64,000 nucleotides of DNA from Eledone cirrhosa (Eukaryota): the NCBI GenBank assembly GCA_964016885.1, contig CAXHJY010001599.1:16096-80095 (forward strand), read 5' to 3'. Shown piece by piece: positions 13,063 to 27,685 of the stretch. The stretch's first letter is position 1. Each line of letters opens with the position of its first letter. Under the pieces are notes generated by a model. It was not told the DNA's origin. It ran no database searches and saw nothing but the letters and a program-made list of their open reading frames with translations. The translations under genes and the position numbers were made by a program.

Positions 13063-13705
13063 ATTTGCAGCATAGAGTTATGGCCCTTTACGTTCCGAGT
13101 TTAATTCCGCTGGGGTTAACTTTGCCTTTCATCCTTACGGGGTCGATAAAATAAAGTACCAGTAATACACTGGGGTTAATTATTGGCCTTTATAATTAAC
13201 AGTTACCTCCTTGACCCCGCCACCCCCATCACCATCGAAATGAGGGGGCCATGTGTCTCTGTTAGAAATAATGACAACAACAACAACAACAACAACAATA
13301 ATGATAATAATTGTTTCTACTTTTGGCACAAGGCCAGCAATTATCCCAGTGTATTACTGGTACTTTATTTTATCGACCCCGTAGCGATGGAAGGCAAAGT
13401 TAACCCCTCAGCGGTTGGCACAAGGCCAAGCAATTGTTCCAGTGCATTACTGGAACTTTATTTTATCGACCTCGTAAGGATGAAAGGCAAAGTTCAAATG
13501 CCGCCGAGGTTAACTTTGCCTTTCATCCTTACAAGATCGATAACATAAAGTACCAGTAATGTACTGGGATAATGGCTGGCCTTGTGCCAAAAGTAGAAAC
13601 AACTATTATCATTATTGTTGTTGTTATTATTTCTAACAGAGGCACATGGCCCCTCATTTCGATGGTGATGAGGGTGGCGGGTCAAGGAGGTAACTGGTAA
13701 TTATA
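13063..13705. mobile_element. SINE cluster containing a local inverted duplication (13191-13414 versus 13501-13705)
   Basis: Four partial SINEs; unique flank TATAATTAACAGTTACCTCCTTGACCCCGCCACC... is mirrored at 13630-13705. Confidence 0.85.
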
Positions 13706-13854
13706 TCAATATCAATATTTCACAGATATTGATCCCGGCAAGGATGAAAGGTGAGACTGAGGTTGACTTTGTCTTTTATCGTCGCAAGATCAATACTACT
13801 ACAAATAATAATAACAATATAAGTAGTAATAACAGCAGCAGTAGTAATATTCGT

Positions 13855-13882
13855 GGCGGTAGTAGTAGTAGCAGCAGCAGTG

Positions 13883-13963
<81 letters not shown>

Positions 13964-14026
13964 ATAGTAGTAGTAGTAGTAGTAGTAGTAGCAATAGTAG
14001 TAGTAGTAATAGTAGTAATAGTAGTA

Positions 14027-14072
<46 letters not shown>

Positions 14073-14092
14073 AAGTAGTAGTAGTAGTAGTA

Positions 14093-14132
<40 letters not shown>

Positions 14133-14173
14133 AAGTAGTAGTAGTAGTAGTAGAAGTAGTAGTAGTAGTAGTA

Positions 14174-14209
<36 letters not shown>

Positions 14210-14210
14210 C
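13855..14210. repeat. (AGT)n microsatellite
   Basis: Direct inspection; source of the poly-S/poly-L ORFs. Confidence 0.97.
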
Positions 14211-14289
14211 GAGTGAGAGTAATAAAAATGCAGTCAACAACGATACTGGTAATAAGTACAATACTAATGATACTAATAGGAGGAATGTA

Positions 14290-14324
<35 letters not shown>

Positions 14325-14760
14325 GATGGTGGTGGTGGTGGTGATGGAGGGGGTGGTGATGGAGGGGGTGGAGGCGGTTTGGGGGGTGGTTGTGGTGGTG
14401 GTGATGATGATGATGATGGTGGTGCTAGTGGTGGTGATGATGATGGTGGCGGTGGTGGAGGTGATGGTGGTGGCGGTAGTGGTGGTGGTGGTAGTTTAGA
14501 TTGCGGACCTGATGTGATGATGACGATAATGCTGCTGATGGTAGTGCTGGTGGTGGTGGTGGTGGTGGTGCAGGTGATAGTCGTGGTGCTGGTGGTGGTG
14601 GCGGCGGCGTTGGCGGTGGTGGAGGCGGCGGTGCTGGTAATGATGGTAGCGACATTGGTGGTAGTTTTGATAGTGGTGATGATGGTGGTGGTGGTGGTGG
14701 CAGTGGTGGTAATGATGGTAGTGACGTTGGTGGTAGTTTTGATAGTGGTGGTGATGGTGG

Positions 14761-14794
<34 letters not shown>

Positions 14795-14859
14795 GGTGGC
14801 AGTGCTGGTAATGATGGTAGTGACGTTGGTGGTAGTTTTGATAGTGGTGGTGATGGTGG

Positions 14860-14893
<34 letters not shown>

Positions 14894-15105
14894 GGCAATG
14901 CTGGTAATGATGGTAGTGACGTTGGTGGTAGTTTTGATAGTGGTGGTGATGGTGGTGGTGGTGGTGGTGGCAGTGCTGGTAATGATGGTAGTGACGTTGG
15001 TGGTAGTTTTGATAGTGGTGGTGATGGTGGTGGTGGTGGTGGTGGCAGTGCTGGTAATGATGGTAGTGACGTTGGTGGTAGTTTTGATAGTGGTGGTGAT
15101 GGTGG

Positions 15106-15139
<34 letters not shown>

Positions 15140-15360
15140 GGCAGTGGTGGTGGCAGTGCTGGTAATGATGGTAGTGACGTTGGTGGTAGTTTTGATAGTG
15201 GTGGTGATGGTGGAGATGATGATGATGATGATGATGGTGGTGGTGGCAGTGCTGGTAATGATGGTAGTGACGTTGGCGGTAGTTTTGATAGTGGAGGTGG
15301 TGATGATGATGATGATGATGATAATGATGATGATAATGGTGATGATGGTGGTGATAGTTA
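14290..15360. repeat. Minisatellite (units of about 60-80 bp) built on GGT/GAT triplets
   Basis: Unit GGCAGTGCTGGTAATGATGGTAGTGACGTTGGTGGTAGTTTTGATAGTGGTGGTGAT(GGT/GAT)n repeated about 9 times. Confidence 0.92.
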
Positions 15361-15677
15361 TTATAACTGCAGAGCAGAGAAAATCTTGTGAATGACGACA
15401 TCGATACGAACAAATTCTGCGACCACAAAGATAAATAAGAGACATGTTCTCCTAAAAATCAACAACAAACACAAACAACAACTACAGTAACAACAACAAC
15501 AACAACTGTAATAACAACAACAACAACAATAATAATAACAACTACTGTAGTAACAAATACAAGGAAATCAACAGGTGAATGTATATTAGTTTATAACAAG
15601 CAGAGCGAAGACAGCGTCACTACGAAACATGACTTAAATGATACAATATTATACAATTACCTTTTAGTGCACTAGCT

Positions 15678-15754
<77 letters not shown>

Positions 15755-15818
15755 TATATATATATAGAGAGAGAGAGAATAAGGAAAAGCGAAGTAGTTT
15801 CAGATGTTCAAGTCCTTC

Positions 15819-15863
<45 letters not shown>

Positions 15864-15893
15864 TGAATATATATGTATATATAAATATTATAT

Positions 15894-15935
<42 letters not shown>

Positions 15936-15975
15936 TGAGTATATATGTATATATAAATATTATATTAAATATTGT

Positions 15976-16007
<32 letters not shown>

Positions 16008-16042
16008 TATAAGTATTAATAAAATAGATGTTCTTTTGATCA

Positions 16043-16105
16043 ATTACATTTTATTATACATATTTCGGATGTACAACGGTACGTCCTCATCAGACAAAAT
16101 ATAAT
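16043..16105 (-). ncRNA. Minimal type-I hammerhead ribozyme, family A (intact core)
   Basis: Minus strand: ATTATATTTTGT CTGATGA GGACGTAC CGTT GTACATCC GAAA TATGTA TA ATAAAATGTAAT; stems I and II pair, stem III is near-palindromic. Confidence 0.8.
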
Positions 16106-16323
16106 GATACATGACATACCCTGAGATGTTAAATGGTTAAGATTTAATCAAGGTAGTGATTACCCGATAGAAATTTTTACTTATATAATATCTGTGTGAG
16201 AGTGCGAACACGTAATGAATTCATTAGAGAATGTGTGAGTAAGAAAAAACGTTGCATACTTAGTGTTCTACTGTAAAACTCATTCTTTGACATAATCATC
16301 GAATATTGTTTAACAACTTAATA

Positions 16324-16402
<79 letters not shown>

Positions 16403-16544
16403 TAATATTCTATCATACTATTTCATTATAATACCATTATATATTTTAAAGGATTGTAAATAAAACGAGTAAATCAGACAAAGTTGGAATTCCTCTTATT
16501 AATATAATCTTCTATACACAATCATACACACACGTGTATATTTA

Positions 16545-16595
<51 letters not shown>

Positions 16596-16845
16596 CCAAA
16601 GATTAATATGGTTCATTGATTACTCAATGAATATAGTTTTACAATAGATTAAAAGCACTCTACAACGAAGTTTTCTGGAATTATTAATATTGTATTAATA
16701 AATAAAGACATTCACATAATCAAAATATATATAATATAAGATTTGATGTGTGACATACCGCTACGGTTTTGATTATTCAATTCCAGTATTGGCAGTACAG
16801 GTATTGAATAATCAAAACCGTAGCAGTATGTCATACATCAAATCT

Positions 16846-16912
16846 TATATTTTGTCTGATGAAAACGTACTTAGACACCATTGTACCTTCGAAATTTGTA
16901 TAATAAAATATA
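16846..16912 (+). ncRNA. Hammerhead motif, family A (weakened stem II)
   Basis: TATATTTTGT CTGATGA AAACGTAC...GTACCTTC GAAA TTTGTA TA ATAAAATATA. Confidence 0.65.
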
Positions 16913-16959
16913 TATTTTGATTATGAGAATATTTTTCATTTATTAACATTTTGAATAAT

Positions 16960-17066
16960 ATATATATATGTATATATATATGTATATATATATATATGTA
17001 GATATATAAACATATACATATATATATATATATACACATATATAAACATATATATATACATATATA

Positions 17067-17132
<66 letters not shown>

Positions 17133-17356
17133 TAAACATATATATATACATATATAAACATATATATATACATATATAAACATATATATATACATATATA
17201 AACATATATATACATATATAAACATATATATATAAACATATATACACATATATATATAAACATATAAACATATATATATAAACATATATATATACATATA
17301 TAAATATATATATATATACATATATAAACATATATATATACATATATAAACATACT

Positions 17357-17404
<48 letters not shown>

Positions 17405-17545
17405 CATATATACATATATATACATATATATATACTTATATATATACATATATATACATATATATATACATATATATATACATATATATATATATATACA
17501 TATATATACATATATATATATACATATATATACACATATATTTAC

Positions 17546-17620
<75 letters not shown>

Positions 17621-17624
17621 CATA

Positions 17625-17665
<41 letters not shown>

Positions 17666-17698
17666 ACATATACATATATATATATACATATATATATA

Positions 17699-17756
<58 letters not shown>

Positions 17757-17854
17757 TACATATATATATATGCATACATATATATATATATGCATAAGTA
17801 TATATATATATGTATATATATATGTATATATATATATATGCATATATATATATA

Positions 17855-17898
<44 letters not shown>

Positions 17899-17915
17899 CA
17901 TATATATATATGCAC

Positions 17916-17946
<31 letters not shown>

Positions 17947-17970
17947 CATATATATATATATATAAAGTAT

Positions 17971-18045
<75 letters not shown>
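16960..18045. repeat. Roughly 1.1-kb interrupted (TA)n/(TACA)n microsatellite
   Basis: Direct inspection. Confidence 0.97.
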
Positions 18046-18048
<3 letters not shown>

Positions 18049-18089
18049 ATACTTTGAGAGGGTCATGTTGTCAATAATATATATATATG

Positions 18090-18305
18090 TGTAAAAGCTA
18101 AACAGAAATAACAACACAATCAGTACAGTATATGCTTAACGCTTGATATAGCAGAAAGAGTGTCTTAACGTTTCGGACGCTAGTCATTCATCAGAAGTAA
18201 GAATGAGAAATAAGGTAGATTGAGGGGGCGGGCGGGTCGGAATTGGAAATAATGTATTTAGATAAAAATAGCATGTCCATTCATGTTGACATCTCTTGCA
18301 AAACT
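18090..18305 (-). mobile_element. Penelope-like family B copy with hammerhead core at 18164-18197
   Basis: Minus strand: CTT CTGATGA ATGACTAGCGTCC GAAA CG TT AAG. Confidence 0.7.
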
Positions 18306-18322
18306 GAGATACACACGCACAC

Positions 18323-18353
<31 letters not shown>

Positions 18354-18383
18354 CGTATATATATATATATATATATATATATA

Positions 18384-18500
18384 GGTAAAAGTTTAACCCC
18401 GACGGCAGAGCTCAAGCCGTTTCGACGGCTATTTCTGGACTGAGTATTGAGTACTATAGTGCGTTATGGTCCATCTGGTTCCTTACCACACCTCCTTCGT
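18384..18500 (+). mobile_element. TA-anchored fold-back element, copy b
   Basis: Inverted arm (...CCCCGACGGCAGAGCTCAAGCCGTTTCGACGGCT...) joined to body AGTATTGAGTACT...CCTTCGT(TA)n. Confidence 0.75.
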
Positions 18501-18782
18501 TATATATATATTATTGATGGTATTGTTTTAATTATACGCTATTTTCTTATTGATGTTATTGTTTTGTTTTACGCTACTCCTTTATATAGGTATTGCCTCC
18601 AGTGAATTATTTTCATATCTACGTGCTCTGATGTGTTGACCATTGGTAAACAATGTATTGGAGATCGATTGATGCAACCTCAAGCGATTAGCGAACTGTA
18701 GACACAGCTGATCAACGAACCAATTATCGGTACTTTAAATAAAGCCCTTATTGTACAGCCAACCATGTTACTCTTCTTTCTT

Positions 18783-18871
<89 letters not shown>

Positions 18872-18909
18872 GTTTGTGTGTGTGCGTGTAGAAATATATA
18901 AATATTTAC

Positions 18910-19036
<127 letters not shown>

Positions 19037-19039
19037 ATA

Positions 19040-19183
19040 GGGTACGTCAAAATTATTTATAAAACTGTTTATATATTGTATTTTGTCTGATGAAGGCATA
19101 CCATATTTTAATTTGGTATCCCTGAAATATGTATGATGAAATAAATATGGTTTTATAAATATAGTTTCCATTTATTTAATATC

Positions 19184-19185
<2 letters not shown>
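19040..19185 (+). mobile_element. Hammerhead family A element between (TA)n tracts (motif 19079-19143, cleavage site mutated to UG)
   Basis: CTGATGA AGGCATACCA-loop-TGGTATCCCT GAAA TATGTA TG ATGAAATA; 3' flank shared with the 42.7-kb copy. Confidence 0.7.
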
Positions 19186-19235
<50 letters not shown>

Positions 19236-19638
19236 AAATAATAAAATATGTTTTATTTATTATGATGGTGATAATGATTCGGCTGACTTCTGAATTTGGC
19301 AGAAGTGGGGAAAGTAGGGTTCAATTATGAGATTAGAATTGATTTCTGGGACGAGAAGAATTACGAAGTTCACACAGGAAGGTTTGTAATTCGAATCTCA
19401 AGGGATGAAACTAAATATTATATAATAAAATAGTAAGTGTTGTTGTTATTTATATAACCACGCAGCAAAGGGAAAAACGCGTTCTAGAATTAAAATCAAA
19501 TATAAAAGGACACAGGCAACATTTCGATCATTACATATTCAATAATCAAGATATTGACTATATATAAATATGAAGTTCACACACTCATACACCTAAATAT
19601 ACACAACGTAGTTACTCGAGCGCTTTATACAATACTTG

Positions 19639-19711
<73 letters not shown>

Positions 19712-19786
19712 TGTGTGTCTATGTGTGTGTGTATATATATATATATTATTATTATTATTATTTTTATCCACACACACACACACATT

Positions 19787-19883
<97 letters not shown>

Positions 19884-19949
19884 ATTTATTTTATTAAGGC
19901 TAAATAGTGAGTCTTGTTGCTCTGGAATTTAACCTGCTTCTCACAGGGT

Positions 19950-20047
<98 letters not shown>

Positions 20048-20428
20048 GATAAGCAAGGTTTATATATGTATATATGTATATATATATAATCATGTTGTTC
20101 AGACTTTACTTGTTCTTGAATGAGGAAAACATCATTCAATACACGTTATTGAGTATATGGCTAATTTAAAATACGTTCCTCTCTCACGACCACAGCTTCA
20201 CGCCACAATACTCGTCAGGCGCGATTTCGCATGACGAAAGCTAAGGCCTGAAACTCGACAGGCGAGAGAAAACTTTAGTTTGATTTATTTTTAAATATAT
20301 ATTAATTCAGTATATATTAAGAGTTTTAATTTGGGGAGAGTTTATAGTTATTGTCATGGCAACTCCTACAAAGATTTGATCGATTCGTCACATGTGCGTG
20401 AATGTGTATGTATGTATATATACATGTG

Positions 20429-20462
<34 letters not shown>

Positions 20463-20473
20463 AATATGTATGT

Positions 20474-20575
<102 letters not shown>

Positions 20576-20819
20576 TATGTAAATATATTTAAATTAAATC
20601 TGCCAGCCAATCAACAACTCTCTTCCCCGCTTACTCTTTGAGGGGCTACACACGGACCCTCTCTTGATAATGGGCTTTTATACCCGAACATTTTCGAGAT
20701 AATTAAATTTACTAAGGTAAAATTCTATCGTGCTCATTCTTTCCTCTATAACACCTATTACCTTGACAACTTTATTCTTGTACGCATTGTAGGGCTTATA
20801 AACCTATTTAAATCTGTGT

Positions 20820-20868
<49 letters not shown>

Positions 20869-20869
<1 letters not shown>

Positions 20870-21075
20870 CGAAGGAAATGTGGTAAGGAACCAGGTGGAC
20901 CATAACGCACCAAAGTACTCAATACTTAGGGTAGTAGAGTGGGTAATAGGAACAAGTAAGACCCCGACCGCTGAGCTCAAGCCGTTTCGACGGCTAATTC
21001 TGGACGGCTAATCCAGTCCAGAATTAGCCGTCGAAACGGCTTGAGCTCAGCCGTCGGTGTCTTACTTGTTCCTAT
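20869..21075 (-). mobile_element. TA-anchored fold-back element, copy c
   Basis: Same body; inverted arms of about 60 bp; (TA)n on both sides. Confidence 0.85.
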
Positions 21076-21434
21076 ATATATATATATATATATATAAACA
21101 TATATATATAGTTTAAAATGAACGAACAAAACACAGGAGGCAATTATACACAGTTATATTAGGTTTACGCTTGGTGGAAGTGGATATATATATCTTTGTT
21201 TACACAAACATAAGGACAAAGTACTCAATACATAAAATGAGGTTAACTCTAAGAGCAATGGAAGAACCAAGGTCTTTACAACTGTTTATTCTGAGTTTTG
21301 CATTGTTGCCTATTGAAAACAACATTTCTTCTTTAAGAGAAACTGAACGTTGCTTTTGATTTGCGGCAATGCGAAACTCGGAATAAACAATTGTGAAAAA
21401 CCATAGTTCCCCACAGTTTTTATTACTATGTATG

Positions 21435-21486
<52 letters not shown>

Positions 21487-21488
<2 letters not shown>

Positions 21489-21604
21489 GGAAAAATTTGA
21501 ACAGGGACAAAACAGAGAGGCAGTACAATAAATGTTTATTAATTTCACGCTCAGGAGAGTGGGGGGTAGGTGGGGGACGACGTTTCGGGCATAAGCCCTT
21601 CCTC

Positions 21605-21607
<3 letters not shown>
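21487..21607 (-). mobile_element. Penelope-like 3' fragment with hammerhead core (21579-21606) and AATAAA, between (TA)n tracts
   Basis: Minus strand: C CTGAGGA A GGGC TTAT GCCC GAAA CG TC; downstream AATAAA; stem I truncated by TA. Confidence 0.7.
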
Positions 21608-21670
<63 letters not shown>

Positions 21671-21747
21671 CTATTTCAAACGTTAAACTGATATAATTCT
21701 CCCCTATACAGTCCCGTTTTTTTTTTTTTTGTTAATTTTGTTATTAC

Positions 21748-21819
<72 letters not shown>

Positions 21820-22221
21820 GTATGTATATATGTGTATTGATATATGTATATGTGTATGTATGTATGTATGTATGTATGTATGTATGTATGTATGTATATG
21901 TATGTATGTTTGTATGTATGTATATGTATATATGTATGAATGTATCTGTATGAACGTATGTATATGTATGCATGTAGGTATATCTATGCATGTATGTATA
22001 TAAGCGTGTATGTGTGTGTATATACGTATGTAAATATATATGTTTACATAATTATTTTCATATAGATAAATATCATAATAATACCAATCTCCGTGTTAAG
22101 AATGCGAAGAAGAAAAATGTGTGAATCTTTCATTACTTAAGTTACACTTGCTACTAACACCACACCTGTGGAATTATAGTTACCTGTAGTCAGTCATATA
22201 ACGCATTCTGTCTGAATGTGA

Positions 22222-22256
<35 letters not shown>

Positions 22257-23453
22257 ATCTATATTTTGTAAGTGTGTGTGTGTGTGTCAGTGTGTATGTG
22301 TATGCTTGTGTATATAAGCGTGTGTGCGTGTGGATTCTTGGAGAAAGTACCTGTGTACGGGAGAAATTTACAGGTGAAGGGTGATTTATATCCGTATAGG
22401 AAATACATTAAAAGAGATAGAGAGAAAGAGATGGGGGGGGGGGGTAGAACGATGCTGAAAAGGGAGAGAAAGAGTGATGAGAAAGCGACTTACCTAGCAT
22501 CGCCAATTGAAGAGCGTAACAGTTATGATGTTGAATGGATTGTCTCATAGAAGGATGTGTCAATTCGGAGTATCGACGTTTTTCCGACATATTCGCACAG
22601 TATTCGTGTTAAATGGAAATAACAATAATGATTGTGGTGATAGTGTTGTTGTTGTTGTTGTTGTTGTTGTTATTTGTTTGTGGTGGATGTGGTGGTTGTG
22701 GTGTTGTTTAGGGTTAAAACTAGTAGTCCTTACACTGCTGGCTCGACTACTCCGGTTTTTTTTATTTTTTGCTTTAGTTGTTTTGTACTTTTTTCTTCTT
22801 TTCTTTTTTTTTCTTTTGGTTTTGCTTCTAGTGCGTGCGTGCGTGCGTGTGTGAGTGTGTATGCGTCTGTCTGTATGTATATGTGTGTATGCGTGTGTGT
22901 GTATGTATGTATGTGCTATTTTTCTCACTTAACGGTTTCCGTTAGCACTCGTCCGTATATCTTCTTTTGTCTTGCTGTTCTTAGCACAATCTTAGGGTAC
23001 TCACGTTCGGCGCATGTACAGAGACATAGGTAGCAAGTGGCAGACATGTATGTATGTTTGACTGTGTGCCTGTGTGAGAGGAGTAGCTTGTACGTACGCT
23101 CGCCCAGAGATTAATCGAGGGACAGATAGAAGAAAAAAAAAAGTCCAATATGTAAATGTGTAGAAAAAAGAAAACCTTTTTCAAGATAATCAACAACCTT
23201 AGATATCCACCGACGTAAATCCTTTCTAAATGATATTTAAAAATAACGCGCGTTTATCAATGTATATATGGATGTATAAGTATGCGCTTGTGTGCGAACC
23301 TTCCTTGTGTTTGTTTTGAACGTCTACTTCGATATATAGAAATAAATACCTGTAAATATATTTCTACACATACCTATATATTAATACACGTACCGAATAC
23401 AGCTATACTTGTGTGTATATATATATATACGTTTATGCTTTCTTTCATTTATA

Positions 23454-23564
<111 letters not shown>

Positions 23565-24540
23565 ATTATATATATGTATATATATATATGTATGTATTTA
23601 TATATATATATATGTATTTATATATATGTATATATATGTATTTATTTATATATATGTATATATATATATATATGTGTGTGTGTGTTTGTGTGTATGTTTG
23701 TTTATTTGTTTGTGTGCGAATGCGTGTGAGTATACGTGAAGGGCGGCTGTTTATATGTGCGTGTCTATACACGTGCGCGCGTGCGTGTACTATCTCTGTT
23801 TATAAGATGCGGGCGATAGTGCGTTTCGTTTGTTTTTGTGCGCTTACTCGTTAGAATCGCAAGAGCTTTCCTCCGTAATCATTCGGTATGTAGCAGTAAA
23901 TCTGACTGTATCCAGCAAAAATAACACCGAAATAACTTTTTCGCGACTTTGTTCTTTACTCTGATTTTTCTCTGCCTTTCTTCTGGTTTCTTATAATTTC
24001 CATACGTTCTTCATCCGCTCCTCGCGTCTTCTCGTCTATATACTCTCTTCATCCTCAGCCTGTGCCTCTTACTCCGCGTATCTTTCTGTCTTTTAGATTT
24101 ATTCGTATTCAAATTCTTTCCTTTCTTCCTTCCTTTTGTCCTTTCGTTCAACAGTTCTCCCCGTTTCTATTATCTATTTCATTCATTCTTTCTTCATTTT
24201 ATTTTTTTCTGTCTTGCATTTCATTTTTTATTTTCTTCCTTTCATTTTCTATTTATTTTCTGTTCAACCTTTATCGTTGTCAACTGTCGTAACGCTTGTT
24301 GCATTTAAACCTTCCTATGATTCATCTGATTTCTTCTTCATCTTTTCCGTATTCACTCAATCACAATCAAAACAGACCGTCATCTCAACACGTTTTCCGT
24401 CTGTTTATCAATTTCCAACCCAGCATTTAACAAAATAATTTGACGCCTTTACTTTTTCCCGCGCTACTCCTTCCTTTACACAATAATTCTTTCTACTTTT
24501 GGCACAAGGCCAGCAATTACTGTGCTTTATTCTATCGACA

Positions 24541-24584
<44 letters not shown>

Positions 24585-24939
24585 CAGCATATCAAAATAA
24601 TCAAAATATCAAACGATAATCACATTTTCTGTGTTATTTTTAAATCAACAACTGTGTTTACCTTTATTTCCACAGTTCTTGTTGGCTCACTTCTTCCAAA
24701 CTGTGTTAACTTTACACATACGCATTGTAATTAAACGCATTTATTTTCTGTTTCTTTATTAAGTGTATACGAAAGAGGGGGGGGGGCAGTAATGAGCAGG
24801 TCTGTGACCTTTGAGATTTTCACTAAGTACATTTACCAATGTGAGACTTCATATCTGTTTTCAGAAAATATCGTCATGAACTACTTAATACTCATTATGC
24901 CCATCATCAACCATTGTCATTATCATCATCATAAATATA

Positions 24940-26500
24940 ATGATTTCTTATATAGGCACAAGGCCAGCAATTTTTTTTGGGGGGGAGGGGAAAGTCGATT
25001 AAATCGACCGCAGTGCGTGATTGGTACTTTATTTTATCGACCCCGCAAGGATGAAAGGCAAAGTTAACCTCGACGGGATTTGAACTCAGACCAGAAAGGG
25101 CCGTAACTCAATACTGCAAAGCATGGTGTCTGACTCTCTACTGATACTGCCAAACCACCGCCCTTAATAGTAATAAAAATGGTTTCATTTATTGGCCACA
25201 AGGGCCGACATATAGGGGACAATACAATAGACGAGGACAGTAAGAGTTTACATATAAAACGTGTTAAAAAATATAAATAACTATAACAAAAGAACAAGAA
25301 AAATACAACAATGAGAATTCCTCAATAGGGGGGGGGGGGATAACCACCCAGGGTTGGCTCCAAAATATCCTTGGTTCCAAACATAGAAAAGGCTACGTGC
25401 ATATATATATCCTCTGAGACTGAAGACTTTTACTGAGAAATGATTGGGTGAAGCTAAATACTTTGTTCAGAAGATCGGATAATTCGACTTTTGTAGGGTC
25501 CTCGAAAATCCCTGTAAGAGTTCTTTGTTCCTCTCCTTGTTCTGTGGTTTTTCGACAGAGATCTTTTGTAGCTACTTTTGTTTATCTCATACAAATAATA
25601 ATAATGGTTTTTGATTTAGGCACAAGGCCAACAATTTTGGTGAAGAGGAATGTCGATTAAATCTACCTCAGTGCGTTACTGGTATTTTATTTTATCGAAC
25701 CCCGTAAGGATGAACGGCAAAGCTAATTTCGGCGAGATATGAATTCAGAACGTAAGGGACCATAACTCTATGCCGCTAAGCATGTCCGACGCTCTACTGA
25801 TTCTGCCAAACAATAATAATTGTTTCTACTTTTGGCACAAGGCCAGCAATTACCCAGTACATTACTGGTACTTTATTTTATCGACCCCGTAAGGATGAAG
25901 GGCAAAGTTAACCTTGGCGCGATTTGAACTCAGAATGGCAAGGGGCGTAACTTTATGCGTCAAAGCATGGCGTCCGACCCTCTACCGATACTGCCAATCC
26001 ACCGCCCCAATCTCGGCGAGATATGAATTCAGAACGTAAAGGACCGTAACTCTATGCCGCTAAGCATGTCCGACGCTCTACTGATTCTTCCAAACAATAA
26101 TAATGGTTTCTATTTTAGGCACAAGGTCAGCAATTTATCGACCCTGGAAGGATGAAAAGAAAAGTTGACCTCAGTCGGATTTGAACTCAGAATGTAAAAA
26201 GCCGTAACTAAATGCCGTAAAGCATTTAGTCCGACATTCTAAGGATTTTGCCAATTCAATTTACCGCCCTCAAATGGGTTCTAATCTAAGCACAATACCA
26301 GCAATTCTGTCTAATGGAAAAGCCGAATATATCGATCCACGTTTTTGATTGGTATTTCGTTTTATCGTCGTCGTCGTCGTCCACTCCTCCCCGGAAGGAC
26401 AAAAAACAATGTTAACCTTAGCGATATTTGAATTCTGAACGTAAAGAACTGGACCAAGTATGGCAAGGCCGATGCCCCAACGATTTTGCCGCTTAATTGG
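24940..26500 (-). mobile_element. Head-to-tail array of about 6 SINE copies plus a Tx1-like 3' end (25181-25360)
   Basis: Repeated GGCACAAGGCCAGCAAT...CGACCCCGTAAGGATGAAAGGCAAAG...TTTGAACTCAG...TGCCAATCCACCGCC units. Confidence 0.88.
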
Positions 26501-27474
26501 CCTTACTCATGATAACTATAATTATTTTTTCGTTGGCCACAGACGCCTATGACGTTGCTAACAGTACAAAGGCAAAATATAAATGAAAAAACAAGAAACA
26601 TTTGTGCATTCATTTATGTTGAGTAAAATTACTTTGATCAACTATAACAATGTATGTATGATTGTGTAGACCTAACACCCGATGTAATAGAAGCGCCGTC
26701 GTGATTATTGGACACTTTAAACCCGTCGGAGACCATCCCCAGACTAGTCAACTTTCCTCGTCCGATGGGATGGGTGGGAGCTGCCTTCTCTTGTGAAAAT
26801 GGGTATAGCTTTATTATGTAAATTCTCCCCATTTTGCCTAATTTTTTTTTTTTTTTCATGGTATTCCCCGTTTTTGGTTTTTAGAGGTTGGCAGGTCTGC
26901 ATCCTTTCTCCAGATCTGAACACAACAAATTTCTTCCAGAAAAAGAGAGAGAAATCTGAAGTGAGAAAGTGATATAGAAAATAATTCGACTCAAGTACTT
27001 CACTGGTAGTATTTTTTTTTTTTTTTTTTGTCGACCTCGAATTGACTTCTGCAGGATTTGAACTCAGAAAGTGCAAAGATTTGCAACGAATACCACAAAA
27101 GCATTCTACCCGACATTCTAATGACTGCCAATTGGCCTCCATACAACGTTAACAATAAATGCACATTAACAAATGGGTCATAATAAATAATGTCAAGATG
27201 AACAACAAAATATTGATGTCTAGCATAGAAGGAAGGTCACGGAGTTTAGGTGAGTGCAATATCGATTATATCGACCCTGGTACCTGACTTTTACCTATTT
27301 TATCTTTCTCTTATTCTTTCCTGAAGGGGAGGGGGCTAAAGGGCAAATTTAACACTGTAGCAATTTGAACTCAAATTGTAATTGTATAAGGCAAGATATT
27401 TTATTCAGGGTTTTACTAATATTTCCACTCCGATTTCTTCAACAACAACAGCATACACAACAACAATAATAATA

Positions 27475-27685
27475 ATGATTTATGATTTTGGCACAAGGCC
27501 AGCAACGTTGGAGGAAAGGAAAGTTGATTAAATCGACCCCTGTGCATTACTGGTACTTTATCGACCTCGTAAGGACGAAAGGTAAAGCTAACTTCTCCGG
27601 GATTTGAACTCAGATCGTAAAGAGCTGTAACTCTATGCTGAAAAGCATGGTCCGGCGCTCTAACGATTCTGCCAATCCACCACCC
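27475..27685 (-). mobile_element. SINE (variant with the GGGAAAGTCGATTAAATCGAC insert; similar at 24940-25165 and 62688-62893)
   Basis: Homology to the SINE consensus. Confidence 0.85.
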
